Assembly (NCBI RefSeq): GCF_018977255.1
Contig: NW_024704743.1
Span: 112,098,001 to 112,162,000, forward strand
Direction: 5' to 3'
Length of the DNA stretch: 64,000 nt
Origin: Callorhinchus milii
Lineage: Eukaryota
The translations under genes and the position numbers were made by a program. The notes under the pieces are model-generated. The model had not been told where the DNA came from, ran no database searches, and saw only the letters and a program-made list of their open reading frames with translations. Positions 38,179-50,555 of the stretch are shown here, piece by piece (the stretch's first letter is position 1; each line of letters starts with the position of its first letter).

Positions 38179-39033
38179 CTAGCTGTTGCAGCTTCGCTTA
38201 CAACTAAAGGATCCAATATGGAATGTAGAATGACATACACATTCAGACACAAAGACAGACATTTCATTTTTATCTATTCTCATCTGGGAGGACTCCTGGT
38301 GGAGGCTCAGTGGGAGGACTCAGTGCTTTAAAAATGTAATTTTGTTGTTGTTGCTGCGGCTTAGCTTTGTCTGTATTCTTTATTTTGTTCCTGACACTTG
38401 GCTACGTGCGTCAGCCCATGCGAGCACCAGGTGTACGTGTGCGTACATACGTAGATGCTCTGTGACGCCACTTTAACTCGGTGGCCACCAGGGGTAATTG
38501 CAGGGCAAAACTGAAATTAACTCATGAATGATAGGAGATACTCGAAAACAAATATACCCATGTCACTCCCAGATGAAAGACCTTTCCGATGAGGTACAAA
38601 TCATGTCTCTACATCAATTGGTTATTAATAATAATAATAATAATAATCTTTGCATTTGATATAGCGCTTTTCACGTCGGGAGGACGTCCCAAATCGCTTC
38701 ACAGAACACACTGTAAAGTGAATTGACTGTATATTTGTGGGCGAATGCGGCAGCCAATTGCACACAGCAATGTCCCACAAACAGTCGTAGATTGAAAATG
38801 ACCAATTTTATTATTGTTTTTTTTCTTTTGTTTTTTTGGAGGGATTATTATTAGGCGTGTGGAGTAAGGAAACTTGCCCAAGGTTTCGCCCTGCCTGGAA
38901 TTGAACTCAGGTCTCTCGCTTGCAAAGCGAGTGCTCTAACCACTGAGCTACAGGACTCCACAATTGAGATCCTTCTTGAAGCACAAACAGTCATTGTCGT
39001 TTTATTAATATAGGAAGAAAGACAGATAAAAGA
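38179..39033 (-). mobile_element. non-autonomous Helitron-like element, copy 1 (interrupted by a SINE)
   Basis: Minus strand starts TC (39033) and ends ...gcgaagctgcaacagCTAG followed by T; colinear with copy 2. Confidence 0.65.
38627..38962 (-). mobile_element. young tRNA-SINE, short subfamily, full length
   Basis: Inserted into ggttatt|gagatcc, which is uninterrupted in copy 2 at 39621; ATT duplicated. Confidence 0.97.
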
Positions 39034-39711
39034 CTAGCTGTACCCGTTACAACTACGCTTTCAACCAAAGGATCGAATATGGAATATAGGTTGATAGACA
39101 GAGAGATAGAGAGACAATTCATCTTTATCTATACTTATCTGGGAGGACTCCTGTGGGAGGACTCATTTTGGCTGTGCTGTTCTTTGAGTGTTCTTTGAGA
39201 GAGCATTTCACGTGCTGTTGCAGTCCTTTCAGCATTGAAGTGGAGCCCTGCTATTCTTTGTTCTTCTATTTCATATATTGGGCCTTCTCTCTTTTTTTTT
39301 ACTTATCCTTGTAAGGTTTGATTTTCGCTTAGGCATCTTTATAATGATAAATATAGATGTATAATTTATAATCAATGGGACATTCTCCCTACGTGAAAGT
39401 CGCTTTAAAAATTTAATTTTGTTGTTTTGCCGTGGCTTAGCTTTGTCTGTGTTCTTTATTTTGTTCCTGCTGCCACTTGGCTACATGCATGCTCTGTGAC
39501 AAATACATTTTAGTTCATAACTCATGAACGATAGGAGATATCCGAAAACAAATATGATCATGGCACTCTCAGGTGAAAAACCTATCTGATGAGGTATAAA
39601 ATAATGTCTCTATGTCAATCGGTTATTGAGATCCTTCTTGAAGTGCAGACAGGCATTGTTGTAGTATACAGATAGATAGAAGATAGAAAAAGTTAGATAG
39701 AAGAAGATAGA
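39034..39711 (-). mobile_element. non-autonomous Helitron-like element, copy 2
   Basis: Minus strand A|TC start at 39711 with (TATC/TTC)n microsatellite; ends ...gtaacgggtacagCTAG. Confidence 0.65.
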
Positions 39712-40021
39712 TGCTAGTAAAACTCGCAGAAGTCTTATCTTTATAAATTGTATAATCACCTAATTTGTACATTCACTCAAGACCCATCCAGTTTCCTATC
39801 ATAACCACTTAGATTTCACTTCCTAACTCACCTCCCAACTGGTAACTCTTCTTCCCTACCCTCTATTAGTCCCGTACTTACCAGCTGAATTGCAGGAAAT
39901 GACGTCTTGACCTGCGATGCATGTGCACTTACCGGCCCGCTGCATTGAACTGTGGGAAACATAGACTTGATCTTTCACTTATGCGCCCTTACCATCTGCA
40001 ATGAAGAACTGCCATATGCAC

Positions 40022-40078
40022 ACCAAGATCTCTCGCTTGCGAGGTGAGCGCTCTAACCACTGAGCTACAGGACTCCAC
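40022..40078 (-). mobile_element. tRNA-SINE head fragment
   Basis: gcgctctaaccactgagctacaggactccac. Confidence 0.9.
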
Positions 40079-40274
40079 TATTATCGTCCCGACTGATACT
40101 ACTTATATGAGTTTTACTGTATAATTGTTCTTGTTTATTATTGTGAAGTTTCTCTATTCAGTTCAGGTAGCAATCACACAACAGTCAGACTGTGTGAATT
40201 CCTCTCTAGCATGATCTTCATACAGATAGCCAGTTTTCACCTTGATAAACGATAGGAGAGATATTTTTTGCAAG

Positions 40275-40485
40275 CCTTAACAGGGCACAGCCTTCCAGTT
40301 AGATCCGTGACAGCTAGAACTGAAGTCAGGAAGTATTTCTTCACACAGAGGGTTGTGAAGATGTGGAACACTCTGCTCCAGAAAGTTGTAGAGGCAGAAT
40401 CAATAGGGATGTTTAAAAGAGAGATTGACAGAGACTTGGGTAGTAGAGGTGTTAACTGAATTCATTGACTTGGCATAGATATGGA
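40275..40485 (+). mobile_element. CR1 3' end
   Basis: ORF 40268: TGHSL...RKYFFTQRVVKMWNTL...FKREID. Confidence 0.9.
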
Positions 40486-41289
40486 GGAGCGTTAAAATAA
40501 TAATCATTACATTAAGTATAGCTCCTTTCACGTCGGGAGGATGTCCCAAAGTGCTTCACCAGATATACTCTTGCGGTATTGGTGTGGTCTTGGTGATTCA
40601 ATGGCCAATTTCGCCCACAAAATACACAATCAATTCACTTTACAGTATACTCTGTGAAGCGCTTTGAGATGTCTCAACGATGTGATAAGGTACTTGGTCA
40701 AATACAAGGATTATTATAAATTTGGACCACCTGAAAGGAATATTTTAAAAAATCACATTTCAAAATGATAGAGCACCATTTTAAAGACAAGTCAACATTT
40801 AGCACCAAAAAGACTGCATCACAGAATCTTCACCCATAGGCTCTGACTCTTCAGAAGATCAGATTATACCAGTTGCTGGTTGCTATTTGTTTGATTCACA
40901 TAATGATATATTGATACTGGCTCTCATTTTCCTCAATCTCCACAGACTGGAAAACCCAATACTAGTGTTCTAATGTTTCGGGATTTTTGTTTACAAGCTG
41001 TTTCTACCCTACAGTGACATTGCCAATACAAATGTACGTTTATATAGCAGCTTTCATCTTGAGGACACTTTACAGAATATGCTGCAAAGTGCAGTGTTCA
41101 ATGTTTATCAAATGCGCAAAACAGGTGTGAAATCCTGTAGGATGTAGGATGACATAAAAGTCAATGACACCAAACTCGTTAAATGTGATCAAATGCTTTG
41201 TATTGTTTTCTTTGATGCTCTTAGCAATAGGAAGGATTAGATACCTCTGAAGACAACACCAGCAAATTCTGATGATGATACTTCTACAA

Positions 41290-42295
41290 TAAACAAGATG
41301 CTGGGCTATATTGCTAAATCAGCTGAATCCGGATCCTCAAAAGTCATATTCAAGCAACATAGTGCTCTGGTCAGGCTGCACCAAGAATACTGCCTAAAGT
41401 TCTGATCATTGTGAGATGGCAGGGGCAGACCAGGCCCTGGAGCCAGTTCATTGTACTTGTTGTGGTCTGTTAGGGTTTAATTTTTTTCCAGAATGAACCA
41501 CTCCATACTGCACATGGACTAAACAAAGTTTAATACTGATAAATGCAAGGATCCAAGAATAGGAAACAGAAGTACAGGAGAGCAATGAGGAGAATCCCCT
41601 GTGTTAGATAAATGAGCTGTAAGCAATAATTAAACAAGGTGAAACATCTCAGAGAGGACCTGATAGAGTTTGTGCAAAACTTTAAATGTGATTGAAAAGG
41701 TAAACCCAGAACAATACTTTAGGATGTACCAAGACAATAGAAAAAGAGAACATACTTGGAGTCCTGTAGCTCAGTGGTTAGAGCACTCGCTTTGCAAGCG
41801 AGAGACCTGAGTTCAATTCCAGGCAGGGCGAAACCTTGGGCAAGTTTCCTTACTCCACACGCCTAATAATAATCCCTCCAAAACAAAAAACAATAATAAA
41901 AATTGGTCATTTTCAATCTACGACTGTTTGTGGGACATTGCTGTGCGCAATTGGCTGCCGCGTTCGCCCACAAATATACAGTCAATTCACTTTACAGTGT
42001 GTTCTGTGAAGCACTTTGGGACGTCCTCCCGACATGAAAAACACTATATCAAATGCAAGGATTATTATTATTATTATTATAAAGGGCAATTTTAGGACAA
42101 GCACCATAGGATATTTCTTCACAGTAATCAATGATTGGAACAAAACTGGTTGAGGCCACCCTTCCTGGCATTCTGGACTCATTTAAAAAGAAACTTGATG
42201 TTGTGAGGGAAGATGGCAGAGTGGGTTTTCTAGAAGCACGTCATCAAAGAGGCCGAAGGGACATTTTCATCTGAACCAATCTTATAATCTTGTGA
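41290..42295 (+). mobile_element. decayed CR1 with a nested SINE
   Basis: ALVR.H.EYC-like at 41360; gacctgatagag at 41657; resumes at 42081 with ggcaattttaggaca...ttcttcacag. Confidence 0.75.
41757..42080 (+). mobile_element. young tRNA-SINE, short subfamily, full length
   Basis: Head can fold as a cloverleaf; near-identical to the inverted copy at 38627-38962. Confidence 0.97.
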
Positions 42296-43764
42296 ACTCT
42301 TGTGGCCCGTATGGGCTTGATTCAGACTCAAGTTTAGAACTGAAACACAGTATGTGTGCAATCCAGTCCATAGTTTACAATCCATAGTCCAAAGTTTAAC
42401 AACGTTTTTCCTCATTAATCTAATGTCGTGGGTGCCTGCATTAAATGAGTGATGGGTGAAACAGATTTTACAATAGGACTGATAGAAAGTAGGAATTTAT
42501 GTAACGCGACATTTTACAATATAGCATTTCACAAGATGCCAAGATATTTTATATCTAACATTTCACTGTCTTGTACATTATTATAATCAAAACAGAAATA
42601 ATGTGCTTATTGTTGTCAACAATGAATAACTTGAGAGCTTTGCTCAGTTCAATCAAATTGCCTTGAAACCACAAAAAAAGTGCGCCAGACATACATTTCC
42701 CAAATAAAAGCTTATTGTGAAAAAGAATAAAAGGAATCATTAAGAAACTCAACAGCCTATAATTATTTAAGAAAGCATCCCTGGTATGGGAAGCACTTAA
42801 ACTAAGTGAATGAGAATGAATTACAATGCACATCATCTGCCGTTCCTTCAAGTTGAACAGAATCTGCAGGTAACCAACTGTGCCTTTAAATAAAACTTCC
42901 TGCGGTTGCTATGGTTAAGGTAATAAAGTTTCAGTCTCAATTTGTACGCCCAGGAAAGCACTTGATGAAGGTAAGCTAATCAAAATGGAGTGAGACATCA
43001 TTTCTCTTCCACAAAGCAACGTTTGTTTTGCTCGAAACAACACAGAAAAGCTTTCATTCCCATCATTAGTTCCACACTGAAGTTCTAAATAATACAGTAA
43101 TAAATTAACTGGATAAGTTTATTTTTCTACATCCCCAAACTACCTAACAAATACTGCTGCAATGAGCATGGGATAATGCTTTACACAAATTCAGTTTTTT
43201 TTAATATATACATAATTGCTGTTGTGTTAATGTAAATATGCATTTGAACTATCAGCAACAAGAACGAGACTGCGCAGTTGTTATATAATTAAATACACAA
43301 TATTTCAGGTCAGAAGTCAAAAAGTGTTTTGTGAACCAATTTTGCAAAGTGGGGAAGCGTAACCAAAAATGAAGTTGCAAAAAAATCCCGAGACAGGTTT
43401 TGAGGCTGGAGGCTAGGGACAAGGCAGAGGGACTCCAGGATTGAGTTGCAGAGAGGGAGGACATAATGGCCAAAAGTTTGCCGACCCAAACCTCACCCTA
43501 AACTCTCAACGGCTATTATAGATGGGGGGAGCTTTGTGTCCAAGTACAGTATGTTCCAGCAGTGGATCATAAAATTAGTATGATTTTGTAATTCAGTCCC
43601 AGTATTACAACAATGAATGTATCTTTCTATCTTCTGTCAGCAGTTGTATACTTCCAGTCTGGAGTTGAAAAAATCAGTCCTGGGTAGAGTTTCCTTAAAC
43701 GTTGCAATCAATTCATTTGAACTTACCCGGCGTTTTTCATTCTGGCCGGAGCTGCAGTGCTCCC

Positions 43765-44140
43765 AGGTGTCAGCCTGGCGCAGTTAGTGTAGCACTTCCG
43801 CCTAGTTGAGTAACGGTGATGGTTTGGTCCCACACTGGGGTCTTTGGACTTGCCGTCTAGTCTGACATTCCGATGCATTGCTGGGGGTGCCTCCCTTCAG
43901 ATAAGACAGTAACCCAAGATCCTGTTACTCCCTTTTCAGGTGGGCACGGAGTTTCTCTCTTTTTGGGAGTTTCTCTCAATGTCCTGGCCAACAATCCTCT
44001 AAATAAAATTGATCATTCACTTCAAGACTGTTTGCTGGTCATTGCCGTGTGCTAATTGGCTGCTGCGTTTGCCTAGAGATATCCTACAAAAGCACTGTTG
44101 ATCGGACAGGATGCTAAATCAAGAACAAGAACTATTATTT
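43765..44140 (+). mobile_element. Deu-domain SINE, degenerate
   Basis: ggtgtcagcctggcgcagtt head; gtcctggccaacaatcc. Confidence 0.8.
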
Positions 44141-44149
44141 TGTAACATT

Positions 44150-46240
44150 TTGAAAGCTTTTTGAGTGGAGGCAGAAACAAAGACTTGAGCTAGTCTTCAA
44201 CGACAGATAACTGATCGAAACATCTCACTGCAGAGAAGACATTTGTGGGACGGTAGGAGTTACAAAGAGGACATTTTTAATATTTAACTGGTGGTTTCAT
44301 TTGTGCCAAGAAACATCAGCATGGATCAGGGGTTAAATTGTATTTATTATCTTTTAATCCCTTTTTATGAAACTTTTATGAGACCAAAGTGGCAAAAAGC
44401 CATCTTCGGAGAGACATGAAAGAAATTTCATGCAACTCAGCAGCAAGTGTTAACATGCCCCGTGCACTGCTCATAGTCTTCATTAAAATAAATTAATGTA
44501 AATTTAAATAAACTATAAACTAGTTAAATAAATTGGATTTAAAACAAGTCATAGGAACAAAATATTGGACGGTTGTACTGGATTTATGACACGTTCACTT
44601 ACCAGCTGATCAACATTCCCGGCATTGCTTATGAATTATTCAGACACTTGTGGAAATATTTATCATATCACATAGTCAGTCCATTATTTATTATCCACTG
44701 AATACAAATTTTACATCAGCCAACCGTAAACGCACAACATTATACGTCTTTCGTTGTTTGTGTCCCCAATTAAACACCTCCATAACAGGGCAAAGCAAGT
44801 CGACATGAATTCATTTCAGGCCAAACAAACACACGGACTCACATTTAAAGAATACAAGTGGATTCCAGTGAATAATTCAACAAGGAAATGGAAATACTAT
44901 TTTGCACAAAACGCCGCTCAGTTTTAACACAGTAAATGCCCCTTTAAGGAAAAGTTGTGAGTGTCCATCAGACCCTAAGTGACCTTTCTGATCTTGCCCA
45001 CAGCTGTATCCTATATGACAATGCTCATTCAGAAAGTGCAATACTTTAATATGACCAGTGCCGCACAGGTCATGGCTATCGCATATGGTACCTTAGACTG
45101 ACTCAATTAACCATCCATCACTGTAATTGTACAGCAAATTAACCATATTATATGCTGTGCTGTTCAGCAGAAATGTAAAGGGGGCTAAATAGCTGGCTAT
45201 TCCTCCACATTAGCAGGACAATAATGCATGCAATAAATAGAAACATTTTAGCTGCTTATTAAAAGAAAAATAGATGAAATATAAAATCTCCATCCAAACC
45301 ACGATATTGCATATTGTGAAGTGCAATGTTACTTCTGCCCAATAGAAACACAGTGCCTGGGATGAGATGCAGACTTAAATTACATCCTTATCCACCTCGA
45401 ACAAAGATGTGTGCAGGTCAGAGGCACTGCCTGGACATTCTGTTGCCTAGCAATTGCAGATGTTGCCTTAGCTGTGGTGCGCTCAAAATGGCTCGATGCT
45501 GCTTTTAAACACAGGCTGATGGCTTGCAGGGCTTTTTATATTCTTACATTCTTCAGGTAGAGAAAAAAAAGGGGACCTCGGTATTTTTATAGTTTGTGGA
45601 CCTGATACTGATATATATATATATATATAAATCACTTGCAGCCCTGGAACTCTGCTCTTTGAGAATGTCATTAGTAAATTGCCTAACATGCCACAAACTG
45701 CTCGCCTCCCACCTCGGAGGTGGGAGCAGGCACACAAAGGGCGAGTCACCCGCCATCGATGATGTTATTAATGTCATACTGCATTTACATTGCTAAGCAA
45801 CACTCCACATAAAGCTAAGCGATCTGCAGTTATTTGCACATATCGCATATTCCGACACGTTTGCCTTGTTGCGAAGATGCACTTTCCGATTCACCTCAAG
45901 AAGGTGTAATTTAATGCTACCTCTAGACCAAAATGCCAAATGTGATCGGCTGAACAGCTGTCATGTAAGACACAGCGGTCTTCGCCAGTGTCCATTATTT
46001 GACATCAGTGGGACATCATCTGCGCGTTCTGTCAGTGAACATTACAAATGAGATTACTACCCGTTGATCTCACAAAAGCACAGGCTATAGCTTTCCCTGA
46101 ATGAGAGAAAATATTTCACATACTGGAGCAAAGCTTCCTCCAAGACACCAAAAGCAAATATTGACAGCGCTTTAGTGGCTTCAGGCATTATTGTGCATTT
46201 CAGCATATCACAGTGAGACGAGGAACAATAGTCCCTTAGG
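44150..46240. promoter_or_regulatory. repeat-free island, candidate CNE cluster
   Basis: About 2.1 kb with no recognisable SINE or LINE; retained CpGs at 45690-46030; 21-bp palindrome at 45706-45726. Confidence 0.35.
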
Positions 46241-46244
46241 ATAT

Positions 46245-46510
46245 AATAATCCATAATTTGATACAACACCTTTCACGTCAGGAGGATGTCTTATAGTGCA
46301 GCCTAGGACTTATCGCAAAGCGTAGTGACTGTATTTGTAGGCGAATGTGGCGGTTAATTTGCTCACAACAATGTCCCACAAATAGCAATGACGTGAATGA
46401 TCAGTTTTTGTCTGGGGAATTGCTGGCAAGGACAAGGGGAGAAACTCCCTGCTATTTTTCAAGTACTGCCATGGGATCTTTAATGTCCACCTGAACAGAG
46501 CAGGCAGACA
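46245..46510 (-). mobile_element. Deu-domain SINE 3' half
   Basis: gccatgggatctttaatgtccacctgaacag. Confidence 0.9.
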
Positions 46511-47429
46511 TTCCCGATGGAACAGAACAGTTCCCAACTGCAGTTAGTGTCCGGATTATCTTTACAGCTACACGATGGCCTGCAGTTGACTCAGTGAAGC
46601 GAAGAAACAGAACTGGAGGACCGTGAAGATTCTCAGCCGGGATTAAAATAATTTTAATGATGCGCCCTTGCTTTCAAGGGCTTCTGCTTTCACTTTCTGC
46701 AGAAAGAGCATGTCTGCATTAATATGTTATAACAAACTGAAATGAGGGAAAGTGCAATATGTTTGGCAACATACCTCCTGGACATTATTCAAATTGCGTC
46801 TGGTAAACTAAGTGACAAACTGTTTGGTGATACCTGTTTTGCTTTTAATTGCAGAAACTGATGAGTTTAAGCAAACACATTACTTAATTGCTCCTTCTGC
46901 TTGTCAGCTCTGCCTCAATTGATAAAATGCAAATGGACAAATCATTAACGGGTACCGGTTATGAATGTCTCAGGAAGTTCAGGACCTTATCAAATCCTGC
47001 AGCTATTACTTTGTGTGATTGATGTACCATTGTAAGTGATTGTTCCTGATCTTATTAAATCTTATTGATTTTTTTTTCCTCGTTCCTATTTTATGCAGGA
47101 CCAAGCTGAGCCTATTATGAATGTTGCTGAACACTGTTAATCAAGCTTACACAGCTATTTTGATGGCAAACAATTAGAAATCTGCAGCGGGGCCTTGCAA
47201 TTAGCTTCGGGGATACAAACTTCAGCACTGTAATAATGAAAAAGACCTTCTTCAACATGAAACTTAATGAGATTTGGAAGTTCAACCATCGGTGACCTTT
47301 GAAAAACAGCCAATCAACAAACTTCGACTTGTTTACCTGAACCTTAAAACAAAATCACAAGTGTTTTTTTTCTTCTGGTTTATAATGTTCTATTCTGAAT
47401 GTCTTCTCCTGCGCTTCTCTTGTTTCCAT

Positions 47430-47558
47430 AATTGTCTGCCGCTTTCATCCACAAAATATACAGTCAATTCAATTTACAGTATATTCTGTGAAGCGCTTTG
47501 AGACATCTGGAAGACATGATAGGGCACTATATCAAATGCAAGGATTATTATTATTATA
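47430..47558 (+). mobile_element. SINE tail fragment
   Basis: ttctgtgaagcgctttgagac...atcaaatgcaaggattatt. Confidence 0.9.
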
Positions 47559-48924
47559 ATTGAAGTGTGCTAACCCAACGACATTGGTTCCCCATGGATA
47601 GCAGGGCTTTGTGAGGGTAGAGTTCATTTCAAATCTACATGAAGTGTATATTAATACATGTAGCTCAATCTGACTGATGAATTTTGTGCAGAATAACTAT
47701 TCATGTTGTAATCATGTTGTATAGGGCAACCCCATCAACTGATCAACTGCCCCCTTCCCCACCTGGAGTTGCGCATAGATTTGCTTAAATCGACTGTGAA
47801 CCCACACTAACCAAAAATATGGTACATTTCTCTTCCAGCATTGACTAGGGGGCTTCCCACATTAACAATTGGCTGAACCCAGGCTTTCAGGGCACTGTGT
47901 GAATGCTGCCATGTTATGTTGCTGAAGCGAGGCTGATGTCATTTCCTGGGTGCTGCAACTGCGCAGTTTATGCAGGAAGCGATACTACCATCGTTCTGTG
48001 AAGGAAGTGACATCGGTGGTGTCAAGAGGCAACACAACATGGATATCAGCCATTTTTTGTGCTCTGTTCATAACGTCTTCTGAGATAGTGGAACCAGGTG
48101 AACCCTATTATAATGTGGAGGGTGAGTGGGGGTGGGGGGGGCATTTTATTTTAAAACAGATTTCTTAATTAAGAAATCCAACTGCAGACTACTTGTAGTA
48201 AATGGAAGGCTGTCACGCATGTCACTTCAACTCGAGGGAACCTGCTCTAAATACAGATTGAATCAGAATGTCATTCTGTGAGTCAGGGTCAAGGGCTACT
48301 GGATTTCTTAATTAAGAAATCATGCAAAATTGACCCCATAGTTATTGCAGAATAACCCATAAAATATACTACACACATGCTGATATAGAAAAGACGAATC
48401 ATTTAAAATAGAAACAGGTTTTGTTACCATGCATAAATAACGAAAACCAACTGAAATCGGTATGACAACGTGCTGGAAACACAACCCTACTCATAGCCGG
48501 GACAAGTTGGACAACAGAGGGTCATACAGAGACATCTTGTAACAACTAGTGTGAACAGGTTGTACGTTGTGCCCAGTAAATGGAATAAAATTGTGAAATA
48601 AATACAATGCAGTGCAAACTACAATACCCCGATAGAATCAAATTCAATTTCTTCATGACTGAGTATGTTGTGTCCAACCCTTTAATGACCAACCGTTAAA
48701 GGAACAAACATTAAGAGTAAAAGTGGCTCGGAATAAAGAACACTCAGAATCTTTGTTCATTAAAACAAAACATGATGCTGATATTGAATCTGAAATCACT
48801 ATAAGTCTGGGGAAGAACGGGGGCTTAACTACCAAACTGTTGTTAAGAATATTTAAGGATAACAAAGGATTTTTTCAATATAAATTTAATATGACCAATT
48901 TTTTTTGAAAAAATGTTCTCCCAT

Positions 48925-49325
48925 TTGGCAAAAGGTTCTCAGATCCTGGTCTGGTCTTTGCCTGCTGGGGGATGATTTCATGGCCGCTGGTTGCCTTCCT
49001 ATACCCCAACCAAGTGGCTGCTGTTCATGCCTGAACCTTCGCAGTGAGTGTCGGCACGCCAGGACACTTGACAATAGAGGGCATCACAGCTAAGCCTGCC
49101 TTCTCCTCACCCAGCTGCCACGCACGCACACAACCATCAGAGGGTGTCAAAGAGGAATGAGAAGCAGGTACCCTGGCTAGTTTTCCCTTCCCTCACCCTC
49201 GGACGGCGTAGGGACAAGGTAACCGCCCACTCACCTCCGCTGAGACCAGTAAACTGTACACAGAGCAGGATTCAAACCAGCGAGCTCCTGGTCTGTAAGC
49301 TGCAGCTCTATCCACTGGTCCATGG
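48925..49325 (-). mobile_element. ancient tRNA-derived SINE (AmnSINE2-like), near full length
   Basis: Minus strand cagaccagga...ggtttgaatcc...ctcagc...agccagggt...gctgtgatgccctc...gccgacactcactg...gccacttgg; related copies at 50830 and 52690. Confidence 0.6.
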
Positions 49326-50124
49326 GGACTGCCCAGGAAAGGATTTCTTAATTAAGAAATATCATTAATTAAGGATCGTAATGTATTCAGGAATATTTTC
49401 ATCCCCTTTAAAAATTAGATATTACGAGGGAGAATAGACAGTAGCAGAGGTGTGTGGGAGGGATAAATATATGTAAATAAGTTTAGGGTTTGGATGCAAA
49501 TATTCTGCTGCAACTGGCAGTATTACAGGATTACCTTATGCTGTCTGGTCATACATTAATCTTGAATTCCCACCTAATCTCACCCTACAAAACTTTTTTT
49601 TCCTGAAAGTTACCTTTGCAGAAAATCCTTCAATTCAGTCCAAGTACTTCAATCAAAGTACCTTGAGACCTCCTCCCGATGTGAAAGGCACTGTATAAAT
49701 TTAAATTGTATTGTATAGTTTGGAAGACGGTTTTCTTTTAAGGACTGTACAAAACAGCTCTCAAATTGACTAACTTCTTTAATTTTAAGACAAAATGGTC
49801 TTGCAGGCTAAGACAAGGTAGATATTTCAGATCTACGGTGTAATGATTATGATCGTATTATCTATGTTAATGACAGATACATACATACAACACATGGGGA
49901 GATCTACTCAATCCCGGCAATTTTGCAATGATTTTCATTTTGAGCCAGTGATCATCACCAAACTCAATGTTAGGAATAAGAGGAAAATTGAAGAATTGGA
50001 ATGGAGAGAGGAGCCAGAGGGGAAATTATGGGGAGGGAGATTGGGTGAGGGGGAGCAGAGCAATAATGCTGCAGGAGATAATTCTGCTAAGGTGGAACTC
50101 ATTGTACAGGACTCAGATATTGTG

Positions 50125-50555
50125 TGTGTCAACCTGGTTCAGTTGGCAGCACCCTCGCCTTTTGAGTCATGTTGTGACTTTGAACTCACAGTCTAAGTTG
50201 ACACTTCTGTGTAATCCTGGGGGAAGTGCTGCATTGTTAGAGGAGGTGCCATCCTTTGGATGAGATGTTAAATCGAGGTCCCATCTGCCTATTTGGTTTT
50301 GGTTGAAGTATAATAGATCCCATGGTACAATTCGAAAAGAGAAGAGAGTTTCTCCCAGTGACCTGTCCAACAATACTCCATTGTCTACTCATTCACTTCA
50401 TGGCTGGTTATGGGACATTGCTGTGCACAAATTGGCTGCGGTGTCTGCCCACAAATTACACAGTCACTGCACTTTACAGTAAAATCCTGTGAAGCATTTT
50501 GAGACATACCTCCAGATGTGAAAGGCACTGTATCAAATGCAAGGATAATTCTTAT
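50125..50555 (+). mobile_element. Deu-domain SINE, full length
   Basis: gtgtcaacctggttcagttgg head, Deu core, tail. Confidence 0.9.

Noticed and set aside
41760..41832. tRNA gene (cloverleaf with TGC anticodon; CAC/CGC in other copies)
   Set aside because: It is the head of a multi-copy SINE, continuous with body and tail, and the anticodon varies between copies.
47070..47140. strong-looking splice acceptor followed by DQAEPIMNVAEHC-stop
   Set aside because: No recognisable protein or partner exons. Similar isolated acceptors at 29970 and 30320-30366 are equally unsupported.
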